64,000 nt of DNA, taken from assembly GCA_045533335.1 (NCBI GenBank), contig JAZSHQ010000055.1:1713-65712 (forward strand), written 5' to 3'. The notes under the pieces are model-generated. The model worked only from the letters and a program-made list of their open reading frames with translations. It did not search any database and was not told the origin of the DNA. Source of the DNA: Eubacteriales bacterium (GTDB lineage: Bacteria > Bacillota > Clostridia > Oscillospirales > CAG-382). Positions 16,978-26,468 of this stretch are shown here, piece by piece (the first letter of the stretch is position 1; every line of letters begins with the position of its first letter). The position numbers and the translations under genes are program-made.

Positions 16978-17412
16978 TCACAAATATTGACGCATCTGTA
17001 CGGCAAGGTCGTCCTCGAGCTTGATAAGTCTGTTTGCAAAACCCTTCGAAACGCTGTCCGCCGCCTTGTATTGGTTGATATAACGGTTAAGCGACTTAAC
17101 GCCCATATTGCAACCGTCGGTAATAAGGTCGGCAACCGTCTTGTCGGAATCGTCAAGCGCCATTTTTACGTTGGTCTTTATCCAGCTCATACCCTTTGCG
17201 GCGGGTGCAGGCTCTTTACCCTTGTCGCAGTTTTCCTCGAGCTTCTGCTTTATTTCGGAAAGAAGGGTTTCGTGCTGGTTGCGGCAATCGGCAAGACAGT
17301 TGCGCATATTCTCGGATTTGACCGAGGAGATAACCTCGTTTATCGAGGACACACCCATTTTCACTCCGGCATCGCATTCGCGCAGTAATTTTAAAGTATC
17401 GTTTTCGTGCAT
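16978..17412 (-). CDS. Hypothetical cytoplasmic protein, predicted all-helical
   Basis: 144-aa ORF with host-like composition and no signal peptide. I could not assign a family from the sequence. Confidence 0.65.
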   Translation of the reverse strand: MHENDTLKLLRECDAGVKMGVSSINEVISSVKSENMRNCLADCRNQHETLLSEIKQKLEENCDKGKEPAPAAKGMSWIKTNVKMALDDSDKTVADLITDGCNMGVKSLNRYINQYKAADSVSKGFANRLIKLEDDLAVQMRQYL

Positions 17413-17590
17413 AATTTCACTCCTTATTTTTTCTTATTATGCACCTAAAAGCATTGAAAAATGCATTGAATTTTATTTGAATATTATATTGAAACAAAAA
17501 ACGCTTAAAACAGACGCAGATTGGACAAACACGACCCGACGCTGCATTTGCTGTTTTTCAATAACGGTGCGCTGAATTTTATATTGAAGT

Positions 17591-17708
17591 AAAAAACGCG
17601 TGTGGTGGATGCAGAATGAAAAATCGGCTCCCGCCGCTGTAGACATCTACTGCAAGTGGAGCCGATTTTTTTATAGCAACGCGTTCTGCGCCGCCACACG
17701 CGTTTTTT
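17591..17708. repeat. Nested inverted repeats (outer 18-bp arms, inner 13-bp arms) in the 3' region of the antiporter gene
   Basis: The outer arms AAAAAACGCGTGTGGTGG (17591-17608) and CCGCCACACGCGTTTTTT (17691-17708) have 1 mismatch. The inner arms are AAAAATCGGCTCC / GGAGCCGATTTTT. The inner loop holds an 18-mer, GCTGTAGACATCTACTGC (17636-17653), that recurs at 51673-51690. Confidence 0.8.
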
Positions 17709-19011
17709 AGTCGTCGTCTTCTTCGCCGAGGTTAATAACCTTACGCGGAACGATATCGCCCGCTTTGGTAAGTGCGATCTTGGTAAGCATAGGACCGACA
17801 AGTTCGTAAATAAGTACTGCAAAAAGCGTTATGTTACGAACGATAGCACCGACCGCTTCGAAGCCTGCGGTATTTGCCACGATAAGCGACATACCGAGCG
17901 CAACGCCCGCTTGGGGAAGAAGGGTTATGCCAAGATATTTAACGATTTTGGGCTCGCACTTGGTTGCTCTTGCACTGACTGCCGAGCCGAGCATTTTGCC
18001 CGCCGCACGGACAAGGATATAAACTACGCCGATAATTATAACGGCAAAATCGCTGAACACGCCGAAATCGAGCTCTGCACCCGAAAGCACGAAGAAGAGC
18101 AGGAAGAGGGGCGCTGTCCATTTATCGGTCTTGCCCATAATTTCCTCGGAGAAATCGCACATATTGCAAAATACCGTGCCGAGCATCATACAAACAAGAA
18201 GCGAGGAGAACTTGATATGCAATTCCATACCCGCAATTTCGAAGGTACGGCTATACATAGAAAGCGCAACCGACATAATTACGAAGGTGATGGAAAGGGT
18301 AAGACGTTTACTGTTGGATTTGAAGTATTTTTCGGCGTAGCTGAAGAATACACCCATTACGAAGCCGAGCGCGAGCGAAAGAATTACCTCGAGCAAGGGG
18401 TTGATAAGCACCGACGCGATATCCATACCCGCGCCGCTGTTTAAGGACTGCGCGATACCGAAGGAAACCGCGAAAACCACAAGACCTACCGCGTCGTCAA
18501 TAGCAACAACGGGAAGAAGGATGTCGGTCAATTTACCCTTTGCCTTGTACTGACGCACGACCATAAGGGTTGCGGCGGGAGCGGTTGCGGTTGCCACCGC
18601 ACCGAGAACGATAGCCGCTTCGACCGAAATAACCTCGGGGAATGCAAGGTGTATGCCGATAAGCACCGCATCGACAAGTATAGTTGCAACGATTGCCTGA
18701 ACTATACCGATAACGGTTGCCTGCTTACCGATTTTTTTCAGGGAGGAAAGACGGAATTCATCGCCGATAGCGAACGCGATAAAGCCGAGAGCAACGTCGC
18801 AAAGAATAGAGTTGTTCTTTACCGCGTGCTCGGTTGCGAAGCCAAGCCAAGAAATGCCGAGCGTTTGAGCAAGCGCGCCCAAGCAATAGGGGCCTACGAG
18901 AATACCCGCGATAAGATAACCGGTTACTGCGGGGAGCTTTAATTTTTTAACAAGACGTGAAAGCAAAAGACCTGCCGTCATCGCTATGCCTATCGGCATT
19001 AATGTTTCCAT
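17707..19011 (-). CDS. Cation:proton antiporter (Na+/H+ exchanger family, CPA2-like)
   Basis: 434 aa and polytopic. The N-terminus LPAVTGYLIAGILVGPYCLG is typical of the Na_H_Exchanger family. Confidence 0.9.
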   Translation of the reverse strand: METLMPIGIAMTAGLLLSRLVKKLKLPAVTGYLIAGILVGPYCLGALAQTLGISWLGFATEHAVKNNSILCDVALGFIAFAIGDEFRLSSLKKIGKQATVIGIVQAIVATILVDAVLIGIHLAFPEVISVEAAIVLGAVATATAPAATLMVVRQYKAKGKLTDILLPVVAIDDAVGLVVFAVSFGIAQSLNSGAGMDIASVLINPLLEVILSLALGFVMGVFFSYAEKYFKSNSKRLTLSITFVIMSVALSMYSRTFEIAGMELHIKFSSLLVCMMLGTVFCNMCDFSEEIMGKTDKWTAPLFLLFFVLSGAELDFGVFSDFAVIIIGVVYILVRAAGKMLGSAVSARATKCEPKIVKYLGITLLPQAGVALGMSLIVANTAGFEAVGAIVRNITLFAVLIYELVGPMLTKIALTKAGDIVPRKVINLGEEDDD

Positions 19012-19227
19012 AATTTCACCTTTTTATTTATAAAAAGTTTATTTACCAAGCGAAGATAATAACACAATATGAACAAATTTTCAAGCAATTTTGACTATTT
19101 GTATTTTTTTCTAAATTCGACACATTTCTACCCCACCAAACCGCGAAAAAGGGTACGTTTTTCACAAAAGCTTGACAGATTTATAATATATGATATGATA
19201 GAAGCAAAGCTTTCGGAGGGTTTTGAT

Positions 19228-19962
19228 ATGAAAAAACGGGTTGTTGTTGCGATTACGGCGTGCCTTGCATTAATATGCATACTGTTTGCTTTTTTGATTT
19301 ATAACGGCTATCTGCTTTTGAACAACCCGAGCGAAGACGATTACCCCGTGCGCGGTGCCGACGTTTCGCGGTATCAGGGCAAAATAAATTGGCAGACCTT
19401 TAGTAAAAACGGTATTTCGTTCGTGTTTATCAAGGCGACCGAAGGCTCGAAGCACACCGACGAATACTTTGAATATAATTATGCCGAAGCGTCCAAAACC
19501 CACCTTCGCGTAGGCGCGTATCACTTTTTCAGTTTCGAAAGCGCGGGAAGCGCGCAGGCCGAGCATTTTATAAGCACCGTACCAAAAACCGAAAATATGC
19601 TTCCGCCCGTTATCGACCTTGAATTTTACGGCAGCTTTGCAAGCGAACACCCCGATGCAAAAGACGTAACGACCGAGCTTTCGGCGATGATAAACGCGCT
19701 TTATAAGCATTACGGCGTTATGCCGATAATCTACACCGCAGAGGAAGAATATTCGCTTTATCTTTCGGGCGGGTTTGAAGAAAACCCGATATGGATACGC
19801 TCGGTCTACAAAAAGCCCTCTCCCCTGCCCGACGGAAAAAGCTGGACCTTTTGGCAATACACCAACCGCGCACGCTTAAAGGGGCACAGCGGCGAAGAAA
19901 AATTTACAGATATGAACGTTTTCAACGGCACGCAAGAGGAATTTTCAAGATTGGGAAAATAA
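19228..19962 (+). CDS. GH25-family muramidase (lysozyme) with an N-terminal membrane anchor
   Basis: GADVSRYQGKINWQTFSKNGISFVFIKATEGSKHTDEYF and VGAYHFF are GH25 hallmarks. The start is set at ATG 19228 (MKKRVVVAITACLAL) after a GGAGGG SD, not the track start 19069. Confidence 0.85.
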   Translation: MKKRVVVAITACLALICILFAFLIYNGYLLLNNPSEDDYPVRGADVSRYQGKINWQTFSKNGISFVFIKATEGSKHTDEYFEYNYAEASKTHLRVGAYHFFSFESAGSAQAEHFISTVPKTENMLPPVIDLEFYGSFASEHPDAKDVTTELSAMINALYKHYGVMPIIYTAEEEYSLYLSGGFEENPIWIRSVYKKPSPLPDGKSWTFWQYTNRARLKGHSGEEKFTDMNVFNGTQEEFSRLGK

Positions 19963-20022
19963 ATAAAAAGCAAGCTGTCGCGCTATGGTTGCGACAGCTT
20001 GTTGCTTATTGATCAAGATCGA

Positions 20023-20913
20023 TCAAGGAATATCCTCTATAACCTTTTCGGGCGGAACGTCCAGCATTTCGGGCTTGCGTATCAGGCTGTTGAAATAGCG
20101 CAAAGCGAGCGAATATGCATGACCGTCGGCGATACGCTCGTCGCAGGTAATGCGGTATTCCATATAAGTATGCTTTTCGGATGTGCCTTCTTTTGAAATT
20201 TCGTATTTGTTATAGCGTTTACCGAAGGCGAAGAATATGGGAATGTTACCGAAATCGTAAAGATGGTGATAAATGGGGGGAATACCCAAGGAAGCAAGCG
20301 AGGTTATAACCATACTGCCGTGGAAGGGAGATACGCTTACAAGGTCCTTCGGCATTATGCCGTGGTAATCGAGCTTTTTAAGCACCCACGCGATAAAGCG
20401 CATAATAAAACGCGGAAGCTTGTTAAGCCATTTAACGATCTTATCGAAATCCTCGTCCTCGGCAAGTGCATCGGAAATAACCTTTTGGGTTATTTCATAA
20501 ACCTGCTCTGCCGTAGCGTCGGGCTCATAGCGCAGCTTGATTACCGTATCGTCGGCATTGAGCTTCATTTCCTTTTTTATCGTCATCGCTATTTCGATAT
20601 TGTTGCGCGCATAAATACGGTGACCGCGGATAAAGCGGTTCATTTGGGGATGCTGCGAATACATCCGCACAAAGGCGGCGAGGTAAAGGTGCATTACGCT
20701 GAATTCCTTTAAGCCCTTTTCGCGCATTTTTTTAACGTATTCCTCGGCAACGCCGATATCGAGAGTACCGGTAAAATAGTTCGATGCGCCCGTGCGGTCG
20801 TCCATAAGATATATGCCGACGTAATGCATCGGGTCGAGCGTGCGAACACGCCGGCCTTCTTTTTTGTTCTTGTTTTTTCTTGCTTTTTCAAGCTTTTTTT
20901 CTTCTTTTGTCAC
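20023..20913 (-). CDS. 2-oxoacid dehydrogenase acyltransferase catalytic-domain-like protein (stand-alone, no lipoyl domain)
   Basis: 296 aa with a Lys-rich N-terminus. The C-terminal CAT-like motif is ITCDERIADGHAY (a DHRxxDG variant). Confidence 0.7.
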   Translation of the reverse strand: MTKEEKKLEKARKNKNKKEGRRVRTLDPMHYVGIYLMDDRTGASNYFTGTLDIGVAEEYVKKMREKGLKEFSVMHLYLAAFVRMYSQHPQMNRFIRGHRIYARNNIEIAMTIKKEMKLNADDTVIKLRYEPDATAEQVYEITQKVISDALAEDEDFDKIVKWLNKLPRFIMRFIAWVLKKLDYHGIMPKDLVSVSPFHGSMVITSLASLGIPPIYHHLYDFGNIPIFFAFGKRYNKYEISKEGTSEKHTYMEYRITCDERIADGHAYSLALRYFNSLIRKPEMLDVPPEKVIEDIP

Positions 20914-21013
20914 GGAAGTGCTCCTTTCGGGAAAAAGATTAAGGGTATTTTAACACATTTTTCGCGTTTTTTCAACACTAACATTATTTTATTAAGCAAT
21001 AATTAAGAAATAC

Positions 21014-21042
21014 TTGAAATTGCGCGGATTTCGTGTTAATAT
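21014..21042 (+). promoter_or_regulatory. Sigma-70-type promoter (TTGAAA-17 nt-TAATAT, TGn extended -10)
   Basis: -35 lies at 21014-21019 and -10 at 21037-21042, with TG at 21034-21035. Confidence 0.6.
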
Positions 21043-21072
21043 TAAATGTGATTATTTTATGGAGGAATATTT

Positions 21073-22623
21073 ATGAAACACACAAAGCTTTTTGCGATGC
21101 TTCTTATTATCTGCCTCGTGTGTACTCTCGCGCTTACCGCCTGCGATAAAGACGGCGGCAACGAACAAGAGAGCAGCGTTGCAGAACAAAGCGGTTCCAC
21201 GAACCCTTACCAGAACGCAAGCGGTAAATACGTGGGCAGTTATTCTAAAACCTACGAAGATGAAACCATCACCTTCCTTACCTGCAGCGTTAACCCCACC
21301 TACGAATCCGAAATTCTTTACAATACCTACGAAGACGGCACTCAGCAAACCATTCCCGAGGTACTTAACGACAACCTCAAATACCGTGCGGATTTCGTGG
21401 AAGATACTCTCGGCATTACCGTCGAAGAGCAAAAGGTGCTCGACACCGCACGTCCCGGCGGCGGTATGTGCACCCATATCCGCGAAGGCAACCTTTCGGC
21501 TACCGAAGATTACCAGATAGTTGTTCCCTGCCTTTACGACGGCGCTACTCTTGCGGTTGAAGGCCATCTTTACAACCTTCTCGGCAAGGATTTTAAAAAC
21601 CTTCAGATCGAAGCTCCTTGGTGGAATCAGGATTTCAACGAAAATATGACCTATGGCGGTCAGCTTTATTTCACCATCGGCGACCTCGGTACCGTTAACA
21701 AGGGCGCAACCGCGGCTCTTTACGTAAACCTTGAGCTTTGGGAAAAGAACGGTCTTTCCGAAAAATACGGCGGCACCCCTTATGACCTCGTGCGCGACGG
21801 TAAATGGACTGTCGACACCGTTTTCGAAGCGGTTACCACCTTCGGCAGCGATGATGACAACAGCGGCGTTATCGACTATAAGGATACCTTCGGTTGGGGC
21901 GGTCAGCTCGACGATATGTGGAGCATTTTCTATGCATCCGGCGAAAAGATTGCAAAGCCCGACGCAGACGGCTACCCCGCAATAACCATTTACAACGAAC
22001 GCAGCGCAAAGCTTATGGAAAAGCTTCAGGAGCTCGTTCAGAACAAGGAACACTACATTTCCGCAAACGACTATTTCGGCGTTGTTCAATGGCCCAGCGT
22101 GCTTGTTGAAGAAGGCTTTACCGACGGCAGAGCACTTTTCTATAACGCAAGCGTAGGCACCGTTATCAACCTCGGCGTTATGGAGCAGGCGTTCGGTATG
22201 GTACCCGTTCCCAAGGCAGACGAAACTCAGGAAGATTACTATTCGCTCGTTAACCCTTGGACAAGTACCTGCTTTGCTATTCCCACCTGCGTTGTCGGCG
22301 AAAAGCTTACTATGGCTATCGACGTGCTTAACGTAATGGGCGCAGAAAGCCTTAACACCGTTGCTCCCAACTATCAGGAAATTCTTGAATATATGAAGAT
22401 ACGCGACGACGACTCTGCCGATATGCTTAACAACTACATCCTTCCCAACCGCGGATGCGACGTAGGTATGGTATTTAAGTGGGGCAAGCTCGATACCCTT
22501 CTTCAGGATATGGCAAGCCAGAACATAGGCACCTTCGCTTCCAACTACGAAGCAAAAAAGGATGCGGCTCAGGCTGCACTCGAAGAAACCATCGAATTCT
22601 TCAAGGACAACGAAGGCAAATAA
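21073..22623 (+). CDS. Extracellular solute-binding lipoprotein (large ABC sugar-binding-protein type)
   Basis: 516 aa with lipobox LALTAC and GGAGGA SD. Size and composition fit the ~500-aa SBP family. No permease or ATPase genes are adjacent. Confidence 0.75.
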   Translation: MKHTKLFAMLLIICLVCTLALTACDKDGGNEQESSVAEQSGSTNPYQNASGKYVGSYSKTYEDETITFLTCSVNPTYESEILYNTYEDGTQQTIPEVLNDNLKYRADFVEDTLGITVEEQKVLDTARPGGGMCTHIREGNLSATEDYQIVVPCLYDGATLAVEGHLYNLLGKDFKNLQIEAPWWNQDFNENMTYGGQLYFTIGDLGTVNKGATAALYVNLELWEKNGLSEKYGGTPYDLVRDGKWTVDTVFEAVTTFGSDDDNSGVIDYKDTFGWGGQLDDMWSIFYASGEKIAKPDADGYPAITIYNERSAKLMEKLQELVQNKEHYISANDYFGVVQWPSVLVEEGFTDGRALFYNASVGTVINLGVMEQAFGMVPVPKADETQEDYYSLVNPWTSTCFAIPTCVVGEKLTMAIDVLNVMGAESLNTVAPNYQEILEYMKIRDDDSADMLNNYILPNRGCDVGMVFKWGKLDTLLQDMASQNIGTFASNYEAKKDAAQAALEETIEFFKDNEGK

Positions 22624-22639
22624 AAAGCAATATTCAAGC

Positions 22640-22672
22640 GAAGCCCGAAGCACTTCTTTCGGGCTTCTTTTT
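22640..22672 (+). terminator. Rho-independent terminator
   Basis: The stem GAAGCCCGAA / TTCGGGCTTC is followed by TTTTT. Confidence 0.8.
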
Positions 22673-22684
22673 AAAGGTGCAGAT

Positions 22685-23533
22685 ATGAAAATACTATCGT
22701 TTGGAGAAATTCTTTGGGATATTTTTCCCGAGGAGAAAAAAATAGGCGGCGCGCCCTTTAATTTCGCGGCGCACAGCGCACGCTTGGGCGCGGAAAGCTA
22801 TATGGTTTCCTGCGTGGGCAGCGATGAAAACGGAACCGACGCGCTTTCGGAGGTAGACAGGCTTGGCATAAAGCGCGATTATATTGCGGTGGACCGCAAA
22901 TACAAAACCGGCTACTGCGCGGTTACGCTCAACGACGGCAAGCCGACTTACGATTTGGTGCGCGACGTAGCTTACGACCATATCCCGTTCGTTTGCCCGC
23001 GCGGCAGGTACGATGCGCTTTATATGGGCACGCTCGCTATGCGCTCTGCCGATTCGCGCAGGACCTTCGAAAAGCTTATTAAATACACCGAAACAAAAGA
23101 GGTATTTTTCGACGTAAACTTCCGCGGGAATTTTTACACGCGTGAGCTTGTGAACGCCCTGTTAAAAGAAACCACCATACTTAAAATAAGCGACGAAGAA
23201 ATACCCTTTTTCGGCACGCGCGACCATATAAACGTCTTGCTTGATATTTCGAAAAACAACCCGAAATTAAAGTATATATGTCTTACGCTCGGCAAGGAAG
23301 GCGCACTTGTTTTCGATTGCCGCAACCGCGCCCTTCTTTATTCCGAAAAGCCGCAGGGATCGGTGGTTTCGACCGTCGGCGCGGGCGACAGCTTTGCCGC
23401 CTGCTTCTTAACCAGCCTGCTTTCGGGCTATAAGGTGGAACAATGCCTTGACCGTGCCGTTAAATTAAGCGATTTTGTTGTAACACAGCTCGGCGCGGTG
23501 CCCGATTACGACCCGAAGGAGCTTTTTGCGTAA
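22685..23533 (+). CDS. PfkB-family carbohydrate kinase (fructokinase-like)
   Basis: The start is set at MKILSFGEILWDIF. The motifs GGAPFNFAAH and GAGDSF are present. The track start 22562 would overlap the upstream gene and terminator. Confidence 0.85.
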   Translation: MKILSFGEILWDIFPEEKKIGGAPFNFAAHSARLGAESYMVSCVGSDENGTDALSEVDRLGIKRDYIAVDRKYKTGYCAVTLNDGKPTYDLVRDVAYDHIPFVCPRGRYDALYMGTLAMRSADSRRTFEKLIKYTETKEVFFDVNFRGNFYTRELVNALLKETTILKISDEEIPFFGTRDHINVLLDISKNNPKLKYICLTLGKEGALVFDCRNRALLYSEKPQGSVVSTVGAGDSFAACFLTSLLSGYKVEQCLDRAVKLSDFVVTQLGAVPDYDPKELFA

Positions 23534-23549
23534 AAAATACAAAAAGCTA

Positions 23550-23578
23550 TTGCATACTGCGTAAAAAAGCGTTATAAT
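23550..23578 (+). promoter_or_regulatory. Sigma-70-type promoter (TTGCAT-17 nt-TATAAT)
   Basis: -35 lies at 23550-23555 and -10 at 23573-23578. Confidence 0.6.
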
Positions 23579-23609
23579 AGCTCTATCAAATTTATTTCGG
23601 AGGATAATT

Positions 23610-23849
23610 ATGGATATTCTTAAGAAAATCTGGCCGTTTTCTTTCAGAGAAAAGAAAGACGTTGCGGCACTTGTTATCACGGTAATTCTTCACGTTGTAG
23701 CCGACATTGTTATCGGCGTGCTTCTCGGTCTGCTTGCGGGCGTTCCCGTTGTGGGCTTTATCTTCTCGCTCGTCGGCAGCCTTTTGGGTCTTTACATCAC
23801 CGCAGGTATCGTGTTCACCTTCCTTCATTATTTCAAGGTATTTAAATAA
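23610..23849 (+). CDS. Small membrane protein (two TM helices), unknown function
   Basis: 79 aa with GGAGGA SD, its own promoter and terminator, and two hydrophobic helices. Confidence 0.6.
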   Translation: MDILKKIWPFSFREKKDVAALVITVILHVVADIVIGVLLGLLAGVPVVGFIFSLVGSLLGLYITAGIVFTFLHYFKVFK

Positions 23850-23865
23850 TAACTGCAAAAAAATT

Positions 23866-23900
23866 AACTGTTGCAAATGTGAATTTGCAACAGTTTTTTT
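23866..23900 (+). terminator. Rho-independent terminator
   Basis: The stem AACTGTTGCAAAT / ATTTGCAACAGTT is followed by TTTTT. Confidence 0.85.
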
Positions 23901-23901
23901 G

Positions 23902-23930
23902 TTGACTTTGTGTGTTTTAGGTGATACAAT
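23902..23930 (+). promoter_or_regulatory. Sigma-70-type promoter (TTGACT-17 nt-TACAAT with TGn extended -10) for polA
   Basis: -35 lies at 23902-23907 and -10 at 23925-23930, with TG at 23922-23923. Confidence 0.65.
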
Positions 23931-23960
23931 AATACTGAATAATTATGTGAGGCGAAGCTA

Positions 23961-26444
23961 ATGGGAAAAGCGTTGATATTCGACGGAAACAGCATACTTA
24001 ACAGGGCGTTTTACGGCGTGCGTCCCTTGAGCGCACCCGACGGATTGCCGACCAACGCGCTTTTCGGCTTTGTCGGTATGATAAACAAGGCGTTTTCGCA
24101 AATCGGCGGCAACCCCGATTACTGCGCTATTGCGTTTGATTTAAAGGAAAAAACCTTCCGCCATAAAGCGTGCGAAAGCTACAAGGCGACAAGAAAGCCG
24201 ATGCCCGAGGAATTGGCGCTTCAGCTTCCGCTTGCGCACGAGCTTGCAAGCGCGCTCGGCTTAAGGGTTATAGAAATTGCGGGGTACGAGGCCGACGATA
24301 TTTTGGGCACGCTTTCTTATGAATTTACAAAAAGCGGTGACCACACCTTTATTGTAACCGGCGACCGCGACAGTTTTCAGCTTATAAACGAAAACGTTAC
24401 CGTTTTACTCGCCTCGAACGAGGACACAAAGGTAACGACCCCGAAGGAAATCAATGAAAAATACGGCGTAGAGCCGAAAAAGCTTATCGACATAAAGGCG
24501 ATAATGGGCGACAGCTCGGACAATATAACCGGTGTTCCCGGTATCGGCGAAAAGGGCGCGATAAAGCTTATAACCGAATACGGCTCGCTCGATAACGTTT
24601 ATGCAAATCTCGATAATATTACCGGAAGCACCAACAAAAAGCTTACCGAGGGTAAAGAAAGCGCATATACCTCGCGTTTTCTTGCCGAGATAAAGCTCGA
24701 CGTTCCGCTCGGCTGTGATGTTGGCGAATGCGCTTATAAGGGCGCCGATATTCCCGCGCTCCGCGCGTTATACACGCGCTTGGGCTTTAGGCAGTTTTTG
24801 GAAAAGCTCGAATCTGCCGCACCGCAAACGGCAGAAGAGGAAGAGTTCCTTCCGATCTCGGAGCTCCCCTCGGTCGAGGGCGAAACAGTGTTTCTTCACA
24901 CCGAAAACGGCGAAATTCTTGTCTGCTTCGGCGAAAAGCTTTATAAAGGCGAAGCCGAAAGCGGCTTGGCCGCGATTGCGGGTGCGAAAAAGGCGGTTTG
25001 CTGGTCTGTTAAGGAAATTTTGCATATCGCGAAAAACGCAAAACTTGAATTCACCCCCGAGCTCGACGATATTTCACTTATGGCTTACGTCGTTTCGCCT
25101 GCCGATAACGGCGTGACCTTCGGCAAGCTTGCGCTCGACCTTTTGGGCGTTTCCTCTGCCGAGGTTAAGCTTTCGCTGCTGCCGAAGCTTTATACGGCGT
25201 TAAGCGAAAAGCTTACCCCTTCTCTGCGCTCGCTTTATCAAAATATCGAGCTTCCGCTTGCAAGGGTGCTTTGCGATATGGAGCACCGCGGCTTCAAGGT
25301 CGATAAAAACGCGCTTTATACCTTCGGAAACGCGCTTGAACGCGCAATTTACGAGGAAGAAGAGGCGATATGGGCGCTCGCGGGCGAAAAATTTAATATA
25401 AATTCAACAAAGCAGTTGGGTGTGATTCTTTTCGAAAAGCTTATGCTTCCCCACTACCGCAAAACGAAAAGCGGTTATTCCACCGACGTTTCGGTGCTTG
25501 AAAAGCTTGTCGATTACCACCCGATAATCGAATTGATTCTCGATTACCGCAAAAACACCAAGCTGAAAAACACCTATTGCAACGGCTTGGGCAAGCAGAT
25601 AAGCGAGGACGGACGGATACACACCACCTTTAAGCAATCGCAAACGCTTACCGGCAGGCTTTCTTCGGCAGAGCCGAATCTGCAAAACATTCCGGTTCGT
25701 AGCGAAAAGGGCAAGGAATTGCGCAAATTCTTTGTAGCGGACGAGGAGAACGTGCTTATCGACGCCGACTATTCGCAAATAGAGCTTCGCGTGTTGGCGC
25801 ACGTTGCGAACGACGAAACGCTTATAAACGCTTTTATTAACGGCGAGGATATACACACGGTAACCGCAAGTCAGGTGTTCGGTGTCCCGCTCGATTCGGT
25901 GACGGGCGAAATGAGAAAGCGCGCAAAGGCGGTAAACTTCGGAATAATCTACGGCATAGGCGATTATTCGCTTTCGCAGGACCTTAAAATACCGAAAAAG
26001 ACCGCCGCGGAATATATACGGAACTATCTTGCAAAATATTCGGGCGTGCGCGAATATTTAGATGAAACCAAGCGTCAAGCGCGCGAAAACGGCTACGTTG
26101 AAACGATGTTCGGCAGAATACGCCAAGTACCCGAAATAACGTCGAGTAACAAAAATTTACAAGCCTTCGGCGAACGCGTTGCGATGAATACCCCGATTCA
26201 GGGCGCGGCGGCGGATTTGATAAAGATCGCGATGATACGCACCGACAAAATGCTTGCCGACGCGGGCTTGAAAGCAAAGCTTATATTACAGATACACGAC
26301 GAGCTGATAATAGAAGCGCCTATTGAAGAAGCAGACCGCGCAAAAGAAATACTGCGCGAAGCGATGCAGACCGCGGCTGAATTACGCGTTCCGCTTCAGG
26401 TAGATATAGGCACGGGCAAAAGCTGGTACGACGCAAAAGACTAA
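23961..26444 (+). CDS. polA: DNA polymerase I
   Basis: 827 aa. It has the 5'-3' exonuclease N-terminus (LIFDGNSILNRAFY, VTGDRDSFQL), the H3TH motif (GVPGIGEKGA) and polymerase motifs A (DYSQIELRVLAH), B (RKRAKAVNFGIIYG) and C (QIHDELI). The central domain lacks obvious 3'-5' exonuclease DxE motifs, as in Bst/Taq-type enzymes. Confidence 0.95.
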   Translation: MGKALIFDGNSILNRAFYGVRPLSAPDGLPTNALFGFVGMINKAFSQIGGNPDYCAIAFDLKEKTFRHKACESYKATRKPMPEELALQLPLAHELASALGLRVIEIAGYEADDILGTLSYEFTKSGDHTFIVTGDRDSFQLINENVTVLLASNEDTKVTTPKEINEKYGVEPKKLIDIKAIMGDSSDNITGVPGIGEKGAIKLITEYGSLDNVYANLDNITGSTNKKLTEGKESAYTSRFLAEIKLDVPLGCDVGECAYKGADIPALRALYTRLGFRQFLEKLESAAPQTAEEEEFLPISELPSVEGETVFLHTENGEILVCFGEKLYKGEAESGLAAIAGAKKAVCWSVKEILHIAKNAKLEFTPELDDISLMAYVVSPADNGVTFGKLALDLLGVSSAEVKLSLLPKLYTALSEKLTPSLRSLYQNIELPLARVLCDMEHRGFKVDKNALYTFGNALERAIYEEEEAIWALAGEKFNINSTKQLGVILFEKLMLPHYRKTKSGYSTDVSVLEKLVDYHPIIELILDYRKNTKLKNTYCNGLGKQISEDGRIHTTFKQSQTLTGRLSSAEPNLQNIPVRSEKGKELRKFFVADEENVLIDADYSQIELRVLAHVANDETLINAFINGEDIHTVTASQVFGVPLDSVTGEMRKRAKAVNFGIIYGIGDYSLSQDLKIPKKTAAEYIRNYLAKYSGVREYLDETKRQARENGYVETMFGRIRQVPEITSSNKNLQAFGERVAMNTPIQGAAADLIKIAMIRTDKMLADAGLKAKLILQIHDELIIEAPIEEADRAKEILREAMQTAAELRVPLQVDIGTGKSWYDAKD

Positions 26445-26468
26445 AACATTTTAACGAGGGAATAAAAA

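Noticed and set aside
19228-19962. GH25 lysozyme as a prophage endolysin
   Set aside because: There are no holin, tail, capsid, integrase or other phage genes nearby. The protein has an N-terminal membrane anchor and its own promoter, which fits a host autolysin or muramidase.
21052-22653. 533-aa ORF on the minus strand
   Set aside because: It is fully antisense to the solute-binding lipoprotein gene, which has an SD, a lipobox and SBP-like sequence. Its translation is rich in V/F/C/G/A/K, has no motifs, and is typical of a shadow ORF opposite a codon-biased gene.
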